From: Escherichia phage vB_EcoM-CHD94UKE2
DNA: 64,000 nucleotides
Sequence record: MZ234031.1
Direction: 5' to 3' (one strand)
Shown here piece after piece: positions 48,616 through 57,876 of the stretch. The notes beneath the pieces were generated by a model. That model saw nothing but the letters and a program-made list of their open reading frames with translations, did no database searches and was not told where the DNA came from. A program made the translations under genes and the position numbers. The number at the start of each line of letters is the position of its first letter. The stretch's first letter is position 1.

Positions 48616-48631
48616 AGGGGCTTCGGCCCCT
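48616..48631 (+). other. stable hairpin after ORF 48017 (UUCG tetraloop)
   Basis: AGGGGC-TTCG-GCCCCT; weak T-tract, so possibly RNA stability element rather than terminator. Confidence 0.5.
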
Positions 48632-48651
48632 ATTACTTGGAGTAAATAGGA

Positions 48652-49260
48652 ATGAGAATGCAAAATGATTTCAATTCAATGGTTGAAGAGTTCCAAAGAC
48701 AGGTTGATGTTCCAGACCAATTACTGAATGCTCTTAAACGTATGGCAGAAGGACGTAATTACTATTGGGGGTCTTCATATGAAACTGACGAAAGTCTTTC
48801 TGGAAGATTTTATAGAGGTAAAAAGTCTTTAATACGCCCTGGAATACTCATTAAAAGTATTGAATCAATTCATTCATTGACGTGTGATTTTGATGTTGAA
48901 TTTACTGATTTCATTTCTCCTGAATGGACAGTTTGTTATTTAAACGACGATTATGATTATCTTGGCGTTTATAGTTTAAGTGACGCATGGTTTAAACGTA
49001 ATTTACAAAAGTCAAATTTATTTTATATTGATACTACGGTAAAATTTCAGGGAAAGAAATATTTCTTTACTCTTATAGTTGACTCTGAAACAAAATATGA
49101 AAATAAGCGTATTCTTAGTAAAAAGAATATCTTGACTATTATTGATGATCTTTTTGATAAATTCGTGGAAAATCCCAGTTTTGAAAGCGATTTATTACTA
49201 GAAAAATTTGTTAAGGAATGTAGAGAATATGTCAAAGCCATCACTATACCTTCCAAGTAA
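48652..49260 (+). CDS. hypothetical protein
   Basis: 202 aa; C-terminal FVKECREY region encoded over the ribosome-binding region of the next gene. Confidence 0.6.
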   Translation: MRMQNDFNSMVEEFQRQVDVPDQLLNALKRMAEGRNYYWGSSYETDESLSGRFYRGKKSLIRPGILIKSIESIHSLTCDFDVEFTDFISPEWTVCYLNDDYDYLGVYSLSDAWFKRNLQKSNLFYIDTTVKFQGKKYFFTLIVDSETKYENKRILSKKNILTIIDDLFDKFVENPSFESDLLLEKFVKECREYVKAITIPSK

Positions 49261-49621
49261 ACCTTTGAAATATGAACTAAAGCGCCAGATAATTTCTACC
49301 GATGCATTAATGGGTCCTGTGGTAGCTGTATCATTTGTAATTCTACTGATTGCTGGAATGGTTATAGACGTTATGACAGATATTGAATCTGGCGTAATAT
49401 TTGGAGCAACGTTAATTCTTCCATTAGTAGTTCCATTTTTATTGGTACCTGTAAATTGGGTAGGATACTGGTATCAAGGAAGGCATTATCGTAAACGCGT
49501 ACGTGAATGGAAAGCTCAGTGTAAAAAGATTAAAAAGGAACACCAGCTTAAACTAGATATGTATGAATTTAACGAAATTATGAAATTTGTTAAGGAATCA
49601 CGATGCAAAAGCCAAAACTAA
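49229..49621 (+). CDS. two-TM membrane protein, paralog family member A
   Basis: track start TTG 49208; ATG 49229 after AAGGAA; two hydrophobic helices; C-terminal FVKESRCK. Confidence 0.6.
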   Translation: MSKPSLYLPSKPLKYELKRQIISTDALMGPVVAVSFVILLIAGMVIDVMTDIESGVIFGATLILPLVVPFLLVPVNWVGYWYQGRHYRKRVREWKAQCKKIKKEHQLKLDMYEFNEIMKFVKESRCKSQN

Positions 49622-49965
49622 ATAAAGTCAAATATTCGTTTCTTGAGGCACTATTAATTCTTGCCGTATCAGTATTTGCAGCTCTTGCGGGTAGTCTTAT
49701 TGGACTAATGATTGACTGTTTTATTTTAAACGTCGATAGTTCAGCAATTATAACAGAGGTTTGGAGCGAACTTCGTTATACTATAGCGATTTCATTATTT
49801 TCATTCTTTGGTACTATACTATATTTTCATTATGATAATTTTAAAATAAATTGGCAAAGAAAAAAGGATTATAAAATACAATTAAAAGAATATAACAACT
49901 ACATGTCTTATATTGAAAATGAATCAATGAAAGAGTTTGTGAGTGATTGTAGGAAAATCAGATGA
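49603..49965 (+). CDS. two-TM membrane protein, paralog family member B
   Basis: 120 aa; N-terminus MQKPKL similar to member A MSKPSL; C-terminal FVSDCRKI. Confidence 0.6.
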   Translation: MQKPKLNKVKYSFLEALLILAVSVFAALAGSLIGLMIDCFILNVDSSAIITEVWSELRYTIAISLFSFFGTILYFHYDNFKINWQRKKDYKIQLKEYNNYMSYIENESMKEFVSDCRKIR

Positions 49966-50450
49966 TTTTAAAAACTCGCTGGTATGATTTAGATGATGGG
50001 GATGATGGCATTCCAGTTGATAGAGTTGACTGGAATGGCTGTTCCGAAGATATGAAAAATTTGCTGATTAGGGAGTTTAGAATGGGATATCAACCAGTTA
50101 AGCCATCTACTGCAACAGATGATAAATTCGTGTGTATTCATAATGGTCGCGCTAAATTAACGAACGCTGATTGGTTCACAGATAAAATTATGATTCTGTG
50201 GTATATTATTAGTCTTCCTGTGACATCATTCGTATTTTACTTTTTTATAAAAAATCCAATGGACAGAATAGGAGATTGGATTCTTTTAACCATACTTGTT
50301 AATATTTTTACAGCAGCAATACTATCAGGAATATGGTGCGTGTTCATTGAAATGCCATGGCGGTTACGCAGGCAGCAAAAGATTTTTGATGAAAAGAAAT
50401 ATACTCAAAATTTAAATAACTTTATTACTGAATGCAGGAAATTAAAATGA
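49962..50450 (+). CDS. two-TM membrane protein, paralog family member C
   Basis: 162 aa; hydrophobic helices; C-terminal FITECRKL; ATGA coupling at both ends. Confidence 0.6.
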   Translation: MILKTRWYDLDDGDDGIPVDRVDWNGCSEDMKNLLIREFRMGYQPVKPSTATDDKFVCIHNGRAKLTNADWFTDKIMILWYIISLPVTSFVFYFFIKNPMDRIGDWILLTILVNIFTAAILSGIWCVFIEMPWRLRRQQKIFDEKKYTQNLNNFITECRKLK

Positions 50451-50887
50451 AAACATTATCAGCTGGTATTATCTTTATGACAGAAGATAAAGATTTATTT
50501 ATGGGTCGAGTTACTGGTTCTCGTAAGCCTGGAATGATGGCACATCGCTGGGATATTCCAAAGGGCCGCGTAGAAAATTCTGATTTAAGCGCACTAGATG
50601 CAGCACGAAGAGAATGTTTAGAAGAGACTGGTTTTAGCAATTATAATCCAGACCTTCTAGAAGACCTATGTGTATTTAAATATTCTAGTAATAAAGACCT
50701 ACAGTTATTTTATTATACGATTCCAGTAGAGCATGAGATGTTTAGAAATTGCCATTGCGAGTCTTATTTTGAAAATAAAGATGGCGTTATGATTCCAGAG
50801 ATGGATGCTTTTGCTCTTATTCCTCGTACTCAGTGGCAATATGTGATGGGTCCTTCACTTTACCGAATAATGAACAACCTCTTTTAA
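50447..50887 (+). CDS. nudE: Nudix hydrolase NudE
   Basis: Nudix box GRVENSDLSALDAARRECLEETGF; ATG 50447 in ATGA junction (alternative ATG 50432); immediately upstream of e as in T4 (e.1). Confidence 0.8.
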   Translation: MKTLSAGIIFMTEDKDLFMGRVTGSRKPGMMAHRWDIPKGRVENSDLSALDAARRECLEETGFSNYNPDLLEDLCVFKYSSNKDLQLFYYTIPVEHEMFRNCHCESYFENKDGVMIPEMDAFALIPRTQWQYVMGPSLYRIMNNLF

Positions 50888-51690
<803 letters not shown>

Positions 51691-51691
51691 T

Positions 51692-51721
51692 GTTTACTTC
51701 CTCCAAGTACTTTGATACTAT
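51692..51721 (+). promoter_or_regulatory. early promoter upstream of denV
   Basis: GTTTAC 51692-51697, TACTAT 51716-51721, 17-nt spacing. Confidence 0.7.
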
Positions 51722-51748
51722 ACATTCATCAACTACTTGGAGGAAATT

Positions 51749-52162
51749 ATGACTCGTATCAATTTAACACTTGTTTCTGAACTGACCGACCAACATCTTA
51801 TGGCTGAGTATCGTGAATTACCACGCGTATTTGGTGCAGTCCGTAAACATGTTCAAAACGGTAAACGTGTAAAGGATTTTAAAATCTCTCCAACATTTAT
51901 CTTAGGCACAGGTCACGTAACATTCTTTTATGACAAACTCGAATTTTTACGTTTACGTCAAATCGAGCTAATCGCTGAATGCTTGAAACGTGGTTTCAAA
52001 ATCAAGGACACGACTGTCCAGGATATTTCCGACATCCCTGTCGAATTTCGTAATAATTATGTCCCGTCCGAAGCGTCCATTGCGATAAGTCAAGCTCGCT
52101 TAGATGAAAAAATTGCTCAACGCCCTACTTGGTACAAATACTATGGTAAATCAATTTACTAA
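51749..52162 (+). CDS. denV: endonuclease V (pyrimidine dimer DNA glycosylase)
   Basis: track ORF starts at TTG 51737; ATG 51749 after GGAGGAAA; [29 protein letters not shown]... matches T4 EndoV. Confidence 0.95.
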   Translation: MTRINLTLVSELTDQHLMAEYRELPRVFGAVRKHVQNGKRVKDFKISPTFILGTGHVTFFYDKLEFLRLRQIELIAECLKRGFKIKDTTVQDISDIPVEFRNNYVPSEASIAISQARLDEKIAQRPTWYKYYGKSIY

Positions 52163-52168
52163 GGAAAA

Positions 52169-52429
52169 ATGAAAATGTATCAAGAATTTATCGCTGAAGC
52201 AGATGCCAAAGGCCCCAAATTTAAAGTTAAAGCTTTCGTTGGTGATGCCGAAGATTTTGGCTCATTAAAACGTAATGGGTATTTTTTCTTAGGTGGTGAT
52301 GGTAAAGAAATCAACACCTATGCAAAACGTAGTGAAATTGCTTATGTTGCTGCAAGTCCTAAAGTAGATGTTGACGATATTGGATACGATTTTAACAACT
52401 TCGGAATTATTTCTGGCGGTGAAGCTTAA
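52169..52429 (+). CDS. internal protein with capsid-targeting sequence (ipII-like size)
   Basis: MKMYQEFIAE|ADAKGPKF..., 86 aa. Confidence 0.75.
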   Translation: MKMYQEFIAEADAKGPKFKVKAFVGDAEDFGSLKRNGYFFLGGDGKEINTYAKRSEIAYVAASPKVDVDDIGYDFNNFGIISGGEA

Positions 52430-52432
52430 ACG

Positions 52433-52462
52433 GTTTACGCTTAAGTATTAATATGGTATAAT
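52433..52462 (+). promoter_or_regulatory. early promoter upstream of ipIII-like gene
   Basis: GTTTAC 52433-52438, TGGTATAAT -10 at 52457-52462. Confidence 0.65.
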
Positions 52463-52492
52463 TACTCTATCAAAACAAACAAGGAAACAAAA

Positions 52493-53071
52493 ATGAAAAC
52501 ATATAAAGAATTTATTGCTGAAGCTTCTGTAGTAAAGGCCAAAGGCATTAATAAGGACGAGTGGAACTATCGTGGTGGAAACGGCTTTGACCCTAAAACA
52601 GCCCCTATTGAACGATACTTAGCTACAAAAGCTTCCGATTTTAAAGCTTTCGCTTGGGAAGGACTTCGCTGGCGTACCGATTTAAATATTGAAGTTGACG
52701 GACTTAAATTTGCTCATATTGAAGATGTTGTTGCTAGTAACTTAGACGCAGCTTTTGTTAAAGCCGACAGTGATCTTCGTCGCTGGAATTTAAAACTGTT
52801 CTCTAAACAAAAAGGCCCGAAGTTTGTGCCTAAAGCCGGTAAATGGGTCATTGATAATAAATTAGCTAAGGCTGTCAACTACGCTGGTCTTGAATTCGCC
52901 AAGCACAAATCATCATGGAAAGGTCTTGATGCAATGGCTTTCCGTAAAGAATTTGCCGATGTTATGGCTAAAGGCGGCTTTAAGGCAGAAATAGATACCT
53001 CTAAAGGTACGTTTAAGGACGCTAATGTTCAGTACGCTTACGCCGTTGCTAATGCAGCCCGTGGTAATTAA
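52493..53071 (+). CDS. internal protein with capsid-targeting sequence (ipIII-like size)
   Basis: MKTYKEFIAE|ASVVKAKG..., 192 aa (T4 IPIII about 194 aa); own early promoter. Confidence 0.8.
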   Translation: MKTYKEFIAEASVVKAKGINKDEWNYRGGNGFDPKTAPIERYLATKASDFKAFAWEGLRWRTDLNIEVDGLKFAHIEDVVASNLDAAFVKADSDLRRWNLKLFSKQKGPKFVPKAGKWVIDNKLAKAVNYAGLEFAKHKSSWKGLDAMAFRKEFADVMAKGGFKAEIDTSKGTFKDANVQYAYAVANAARGN

Positions 53072-53248
53072 TAAGGCCGATACTTAGGCCTATTTACATT
53101 CAAATAACATGGGAACAACCTGGACCTCATGATTCTATGAGGGATTCCCGCCAACCTGTAATAAGGTCGAGCCCAAGTGCGGTAATGGGTAAATACAGAA
53201 ATGGACAATTCACGCGCCATGGAATGGCCCAAATTTAGAGAGAATAAA

Positions 53249-53791
53249 ATGAGAACATTTTTAACTGGTCCTTATCTATCCCTGATGAATGCTTTTACAC
53301 ACCATTCTGATGCTAGAGTAGAAGAAATTTGTAATAGTGGATTTTATGTACCTGATTCGCCACATTTATTTAAAGAATACTGCACACTTCGATTAGATGG
53401 TGGACGTCAATTCGGTAAATCAACTGCAGTAACTAATTTTGCCGCTAATTGGTTGTATGACGGTGGAACAGTTATTGTTCTTTCTAATACTTCAGCTTAC
53501 GCTAAAATTTCTGCGGGCCACATTAAAAAAGAATTTTCACGCTATTCTAATGATGATATTCGATTCCGTTTATTTACTGATTCTGTCCGTAGTTTTGTTG
53601 GTAATAGAGGTAGCAAGTTCAGAGGTTTATCGCTTTCGCGGATTTTGTATATAATCGATGAGCCTGTTAAATCTCCTGATATGGATAAAATTTACGATAT
53701 TCATATTGAAACTGTGCAATACTGCTGCAATAGTAAATGTTGCATTGGTGGTATTACTCGTCCACAGTTTTTCGTAATTGGAATGCAATGA
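53249..53791 (+). CDS. P-loop NTPase-like hypothetical protein
   Basis: Walker A GGRQFGKST and Walker B-like ILYIIDEP; ATG 53249 after AGAGAGAATAAA (alternative ATG 53201 used by ORF track). Confidence 0.55.
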   Translation: MRTFLTGPYLSLMNAFTHHSDARVEEICNSGFYVPDSPHLFKEYCTLRLDGGRQFGKSTAVTNFAANWLYDGGTVIVLSNTSAYAKISAGHIKKEFSRYSNDDIRFRLFTDSVRSFVGNRGSKFRGLSLSRILYIIDEPVKSPDMDKIYDIHIETVQYCCNSKCCIGGITRPQFFVIGMQ

Positions 53792-54117
53792 TGACAGATA
53801 CGCAACTTTTCGAATATCTTTATTTTTCGCCAAAAACTATTAAAAATAAATTGGTGAATCATTTTGAAATTTTGGCAAATAACAACGTCTTGAGCGAATT
53901 TTATCCTAAGCAATACAAATTACAAAAAGGCGTATTCAAAGGATGCAGAGTTTTGTGTACTGCTCCTAATGCAAGATTAATGAATAAAATTCCATATTTT
54001 ACCATGGAATTTATTGATGGACCTTTTAAAGGACTAATCACCCAAAGTTTAATGGCATATGATTCTGAGCCATTTTTAATTAAAGAACAATCTTGGATAA
54101 ATTTATTTTCTAATTGA
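53788..54117 (+). CDS. hypothetical protein
   Basis: ATGA junction with previous ORF; alternative in-frame ATG 53737. Confidence 0.5.
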   Translation: MMTDTQLFEYLYFSPKTIKNKLVNHFEILANNNVLSEFYPKQYKLQKGVFKGCRVLCTAPNARLMNKIPYFTMEFIDGPFKGLITQSLMAYDSEPFLIKEQSWINLFSN

Positions 54118-54123
54118 GGTTAT

Positions 54124-54486
54124 ATGAAAGCATATCAAATTCTTGAAGGCACGCATAAAGGTACTATTTATTTTGAAGATGGTATTCAAGCACGAATTAT
54201 TGTCTCTAAAACTTTTAAAGAGGACTCTTTTGTAGACCCAGAAATTTTCTATGGTTTGCATGCCCGTGAAATTGAAATTGAACCACAGCCTACGGTTAAA
54301 ATTGAAGGTGGTCAACACCTGAACGTTAACGTTCTGCGTCGCGAAACTCTGGAAGATGCAGTTAAGCATCCGGAAAAATATCCGCAGCTGACCATCCGTG
54401 TATCCGGTTATGCAGTTCGCTTTAACTCTCTGACTCCGGAACAGCAGCGCGACGTTATCGCTCGTACCTTTACTGAGAGTCTGTAA
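54124..54486 (+). CDS. autonomous glycyl radical cofactor GrcA/YfiD-like protein
   Basis: C-terminal glycyl-radical signature ...[29 protein letters not shown]; 3' half has host-like codon usage. Confidence 0.85.
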   Translation: MKAYQILEGTHKGTIYFEDGIQARIIVSKTFKEDSFVDPEIFYGLHAREIEIEPQPTVKIEGGQHLNVNVLRRETLEDAVKHPEKYPQLTIRVSGYAVRFNSLTPEQQRDVIARTFTESL

Positions 54487-54707
54487 TGGCAAAGATAATT
54501 ATTGAAGGTTCTGAAGATGTGCTAAATGCTTTCGCCGAGTGGTTTAGTAATTCAGGCGAACAGCAATTTAATGAAGCGTGGAACATGGGTGATATTAATG
54601 GAATTTATCCTACGACAGAAATTTCTGTTCAGGGATATGGCATTCATGAACCTATTCGTTTAGTTGAATATGATTTGGGTACTGGTGAGGAAGTAAAATA
54701 TGATTGA
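54486..54707 (+). CDS. hypothetical protein
   Basis: 73 aa; TAATG coupling. Confidence 0.55.
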   Translation: MAKIIIEGSEDVLNAFAEWFSNSGEQQFNEAWNMGDINGIYPTTEISVQGYGIHEPIRLVEYDLGTGEEVKYD

Positions 54708-54966
54708 AGATATTAAGGGTTATAAGCCACATACTGAAGAGAAAATCGATAAAGTGAATGCTATCAAAGATGCTGAAGTTCGTTTAGGACTTATCTTTGA
54801 CGCTTTATATGATGAATTCTGGGAAGCACTAGATAATTGTGAAGATTGTGAATTCGCGAAGAATTATGCTGAAAGCCTCGATCAGTTAACTATTGCTAAA
54901 ACGAAACTCAAAGAAGCCAGTATGTGGGCTTGTCGTGCTGTGTTCCAACCAGAGGAAAAATATTAA
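54700..54966 (+). CDS. hypothetical protein
   Basis: 88 aa; overlapping start. Confidence 0.55.
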   Translation: MIEDIKGYKPHTEEKIDKVNAIKDAEVRLGLIFDALYDEFWEALDNCEDCEFAKNYAESLDQLTIAKTKLKEASMWACRAVFQPEEKY

Positions 54967-55244
54967 TGGCCCAATTAAGCGCAGGGTTTGGTTATGAGTA
55001 TTATACTGCCCCTCGTCGTGTATCTGTTGCTCCTAAGAAAATTCAAAGTCTTGATGATTTCCAGGAAGTAATTCGTAACGCTTTCCAGGACTATGCGCGT
55101 TATCTTAAAGAAGATTCACAGGACTGTCTCGAAGAAGATGAAATTGCTTACTATACGCAGCGTCTTGAACAGCTTAAAAACCTACATGAGGTCCGTGCAG
55201 AAGTTTCAAAGTCTATGAATAAATTGATTAGATTTAAAGAATAA
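54966..55244 (+). CDS. hypothetical protein
   Basis: track starts at GTG 54924; ATG 54966 in TAATG junction; 92 aa. Confidence 0.55.
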   Translation: MAQLSAGFGYEYYTAPRRVSVAPKKIQSLDDFQEVIRNAFQDYARYLKEDSQDCLEEDEIAYYTQRLEQLKNLHEVRAEVSKSMNKLIRFKE

Positions 55245-55246
55245 CT

Positions 55247-55276
55247 GTTTACTTTTCCTCTTGACTGTGGTATAAT
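55247..55276 (+). promoter_or_regulatory. early promoter upstream of regB
   Basis: GTTTAC 55247-55252, TGGTATAAT (-10 55271-55276). Confidence 0.7.
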
Positions 55277-55303
55277 TTTTCTATCAGTTAAGAGGAGAAT
55301 AAC

Positions 55304-55765
55304 ATGACTATCAACACAGAAGTTTTTATCCGTCGAAATAAGCTCCGTCGTCACTTTGAGTCGGAGTTTCGTCAAATTAACAATGAGATTCGTGAGGCAT
55401 CAAAAGCAGCAGGGGTCTCATCGTTTCATCTAAAATATTCTCAACATCTTCTTGATCGTGCAATTCAACGGGAGATTGATGAGACATATGTTTTTGAATT
55501 ATTCCATAAAATAAAAGACCATGTTTTAGAAGTTAATGAATTCCTAAGTATGCCTCCGCGTCCTGACATTAATGAGGATTTTATTGATGGGGTTGAATAT
55601 CGTCCTGGGCGTTTAGAAATCACCGATGGAAATCTTTGGCTTGGATTTACAGTTTGTAAACCTAACGAGAAGTTCAAAGACCCGTCACTTCAGTGCAGGA
55701 TGGCAATTATCAACAGTCGTCGTTTACCGGGAAAGGCTTCTAAAGCAGTAATTAAAACTCAATGA
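55304..55765 (+). CDS. regB: RegB site-specific endoribonuclease
   Basis: 153 aa, MTINTEVFIRRNKLRRHFESEFRQINNEIREASKAAG...; matches remembered T4 RegB; early promoter upstream. Confidence 0.85.
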   Translation: MTINTEVFIRRNKLRRHFESEFRQINNEIREASKAAGVSSFHLKYSQHLLDRAIQREIDETYVFELFHKIKDHVLEVNEFLSMPPRPDINEDFIDGVEYRPGRLEITDGNLWLGFTVCKPNEKFKDPSLQCRMAIINSRRLPGKASKAVIKTQ

Positions 55766-55772
55766 GGTAAGC

Positions 55773-56318
55773 ATGAGAAAAGCACTACTCGCTGGTCTAT
55801 TGGCCATTTCAATGATGGCACATAGCTCCGAGCATACTTTCAGTAATGTCCAACTCGATAACATGCGTTACGCGTATCAATTCGGGGAACAATTTTCTAA
55901 GGATGGAAAATATAAAACACATAAAAATATCCACAAGAGCGGATTAGGTCATATAATGGCTGCTATTTTATGGCAAGAAAGCTCTGCCGGAGTTAATTTA
56001 AAATCTAAACCAAAGCATCATGCCTATGGAATGTTCCAAAATTATTTGCCGACAATGCGAGCAAGAGTTAAGGAACTTGGTTATAATATGACCGATGCTG
56101 AAATAAAAAGAATGTTGAATAAACGGTCCAATTCAGCTTCCTGGGCGTACATTGAACTTTCTTATTGGTTAAATATACATAAGGGTGATATAAGAAAGGC
56201 AATATCCTCTTATAATTCGGGATGGAATGTTAAAGCAGGTTCTAAATATGCTTCTGAAGTCCTAGAAAAGGCTAACTACCTTAAAAATAATAAACTACTG
56301 GAAATAGTAAATGACTAA
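55773..56318 (+). CDS. secreted lytic transglycosylase-like protein
   Basis: N-terminal signal peptide MRKALLAGLLAISMMAHS; SLT-like motifs ILWQESS, AYGMFQ, SYNSG. Confidence 0.7.
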   Translation: MRKALLAGLLAISMMAHSSEHTFSNVQLDNMRYAYQFGEQFSKDGKYKTHKNIHKSGLGHIMAAILWQESSAGVNLKSKPKHHAYGMFQNYLPTMRARVKELGYNMTDAEIKRMLNKRSNSASWAYIELSYWLNIHKGDIRKAISSYNSGWNVKAGSKYASEVLEKANYLKNNKLLEIVND

Positions 56319-56652
56319 AATTTTGGTTTTATGTATAGGATTAATTTCATTTTCTGCGTTAGCAAATACATCATATACTGAAATTAGAGAGTATGTAAAC
56401 CGTACTGCCGCGGATTATTGCGGGAAAAATAAAGCATGCCAAGCTGAATTTGCGCAGAAATTAATATATGCATATAAAGACGGAGAAAGAGATAAATCAA
56501 GCAGATACAAAAATGATACTTTATTAAAACGATATGCTAAAAAGTGGAATACCTTAGAATGTTCAGTTGCGGAGGAGAAAGATAAAGCCGCTTGTCATTC
56601 AATGGTTGACCGTTTGGTAGATTCTTATAATCGAGGATTGAGTACTAGATGA
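56311..56652 (+). CDS. secreted hypothetical protein
   Basis: 113 aa; signal peptide MTKILVLCIGLISFSALA; four Cys. Confidence 0.6.
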   Translation: MTKILVLCIGLISFSALANTSYTEIREYVNRTAADYCGKNKACQAEFAQKLIYAYKDGERDKSSRYKNDTLLKRYAKKWNTLECSVAEEKDKAACHSMVDRLVDSYNRGLSTR

Positions 56653-57128
56653 TTGTAAAATATATCAAGGGCGATATTGTCGCCCTATTTCTTCAAGGTA
56701 ATATTATTGCGCATGGGTGCAACTGCTTTCATACTATGGGTTCAGGTGTAGCAGGTCAATTAGCAAGGGCCTATCCTAAAATTTTAGAAATAGATAAAAC
56801 CACTACTGAGTACGGTTCTCGTGATAAATTAGGTGATATGTCTATTGTTTTTAAACATAATCCTACAGGATTTGGTATATGCTATAACCTGTATACACAA
56901 TACGAACCAGGTCCTAATCTTGATTATGGTGCTTTAGTAAACTGCATGATAGAATTAAATCTACAGGCAGAAACCCTTTTGTTTAAACCAGTAATTTACA
57001 TTCCACGCATAGGTTGTGGTATTGCTGGCGGTGATTGGGATAAGGTTTCTAAATTAATCGACATGTTTACTCCTGATATTGATTTAATAGTGGTGGATTA
57101 TGAAAGCACATTACCCGCATCCGTTTGA
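56649..57128 (+). CDS. macro-domain-like protein (putative ADP-ribose binding/processing)
   Basis: 159 aa; macro-like motifs KGDI, GNIIAHGCNCFHTMGSGVAGQ, IPRIGCGIAGGDW. Confidence 0.65.
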   Translation: MIVKYIKGDIVALFLQGNIIAHGCNCFHTMGSGVAGQLARAYPKILEIDKTTTEYGSRDKLGDMSIVFKHNPTGFGICYNLYTQYEPGPNLDYGALVNCMIELNLQAETLLFKPVIYIPRIGCGIAGGDWDKVSKLIDMFTPDIDLIVVDYESTLPASV

Positions 57129-57312
57129 TCCTAAAAACAAAGTGGAAATTATTCGTCAATGGGAACGCATTTGCCGTACTAAATGCCCAATTAATAGTCC
57201 ACATGATGTAGATAAAGACTATATTGGAACATTCGTTGAATATACCTTTATTGATAAGAAAGGTCGTAAACAGCATGTAGAAGAATATTGCTTAAAGGTT
57301 ACATGGTTATGA
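57100..57312 (+). CDS. hypothetical protein
   Basis: 70 aa; ATG start overlapping previous ORF. Confidence 0.5.
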   Translation: MKAHYPHPFDPKNKVEIIRQWERICRTKCPINSPHDVDKDYIGTFVEYTFIDKKGRKQHVEEYCLKVTWL

Positions 57313-57515
57313 GCCAAATTAGCATTCTTAAAAATGCACATTGTGAAAAGTGTAAACGGCCAGTTGTTTTTGCTTTATGCAATGATGAAATGGCTTGTGA
57401 TTTCGATTATTGGTGCTATTGCTCTAATAAAGGATGCATTAATCATAAAGGTGAAGGATTTTATTCAGGATTTTATCCTTATCCCGATTTTGTTAAAGAA
57501 GGTAAACCAAAATGA
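57309..57515 (+). CDS. Cys-rich small protein (putative zinc-binding)
   Basis: track start TTG 57288; ATG 57309 in ATGA junction; 68 aa with CEKC...C...C...CYC...C. Confidence 0.5.
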   Translation: MSQISILKNAHCEKCKRPVVFALCNDEMACDFDYWCYCSNKGCINHKGEGFYSGFYPYPDFVKEGKPK

Positions 57516-57685
57516 ATAGTTCTGAGTTACAATATGAAGTGTTACGTGAGCTTGATAATTTAATTGAACTCGCTGTTAATAAAGGTTTTGCCATCGGAAT
57601 TGGTCAAAAAGATACTGATCATTTAACTATGGAAATATTTAAGCAAAAGCGAATTATTTTAAAACTTCTGGAAATTAATATATGA
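57512..57685 (+). CDS. small hypothetical protein (57 aa)
   Basis: ATGA junctions on both sides; below ORF-track cutoff. Confidence 0.4.
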   Translation: MNSSELQYEVLRELDNLIELAVNKGFAIGIGQKDTDHLTMEIFKQKRIILKLLEINI

Positions 57686-57867
57686 GTCTGAGTAAAGAAC
57701 AAAAAGATAAATTGTTTGAGCTTATCCATGAACTTCTAGATGAGCATACAGAAGCAAACACCTTTTATGATGAATACGGCCCGCTATCTCCCGAACACCA
57801 GGAAGAATTTGCTGATCGGTTTGATAAGAAAGAAAACGAATTAATAGCTTATGTGAATACGCTTTAA
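57682..57867 (+). CDS. small helical protein (small-paralog family)
   Basis: 61 aa, MSLSKEQKDKLFELIHELL... Confidence 0.55.
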   Translation: MSLSKEQKDKLFELIHELLDEHTEANTFYDEYGPLSPEHQEEFADRFDKKENELIAYVNTL

Positions 57868-57876
57868 GAAGGTGAT

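Noticed and set aside
57334-57519. Alternative-frame 61-aa ORF overlapping the Cys-rich ORF 57309-57515
   Set aside because: Out of frame with the ATGA-coupled chain of genes; the Cys-rich frame has the coupled start and a zinc-binding-like Cys pattern
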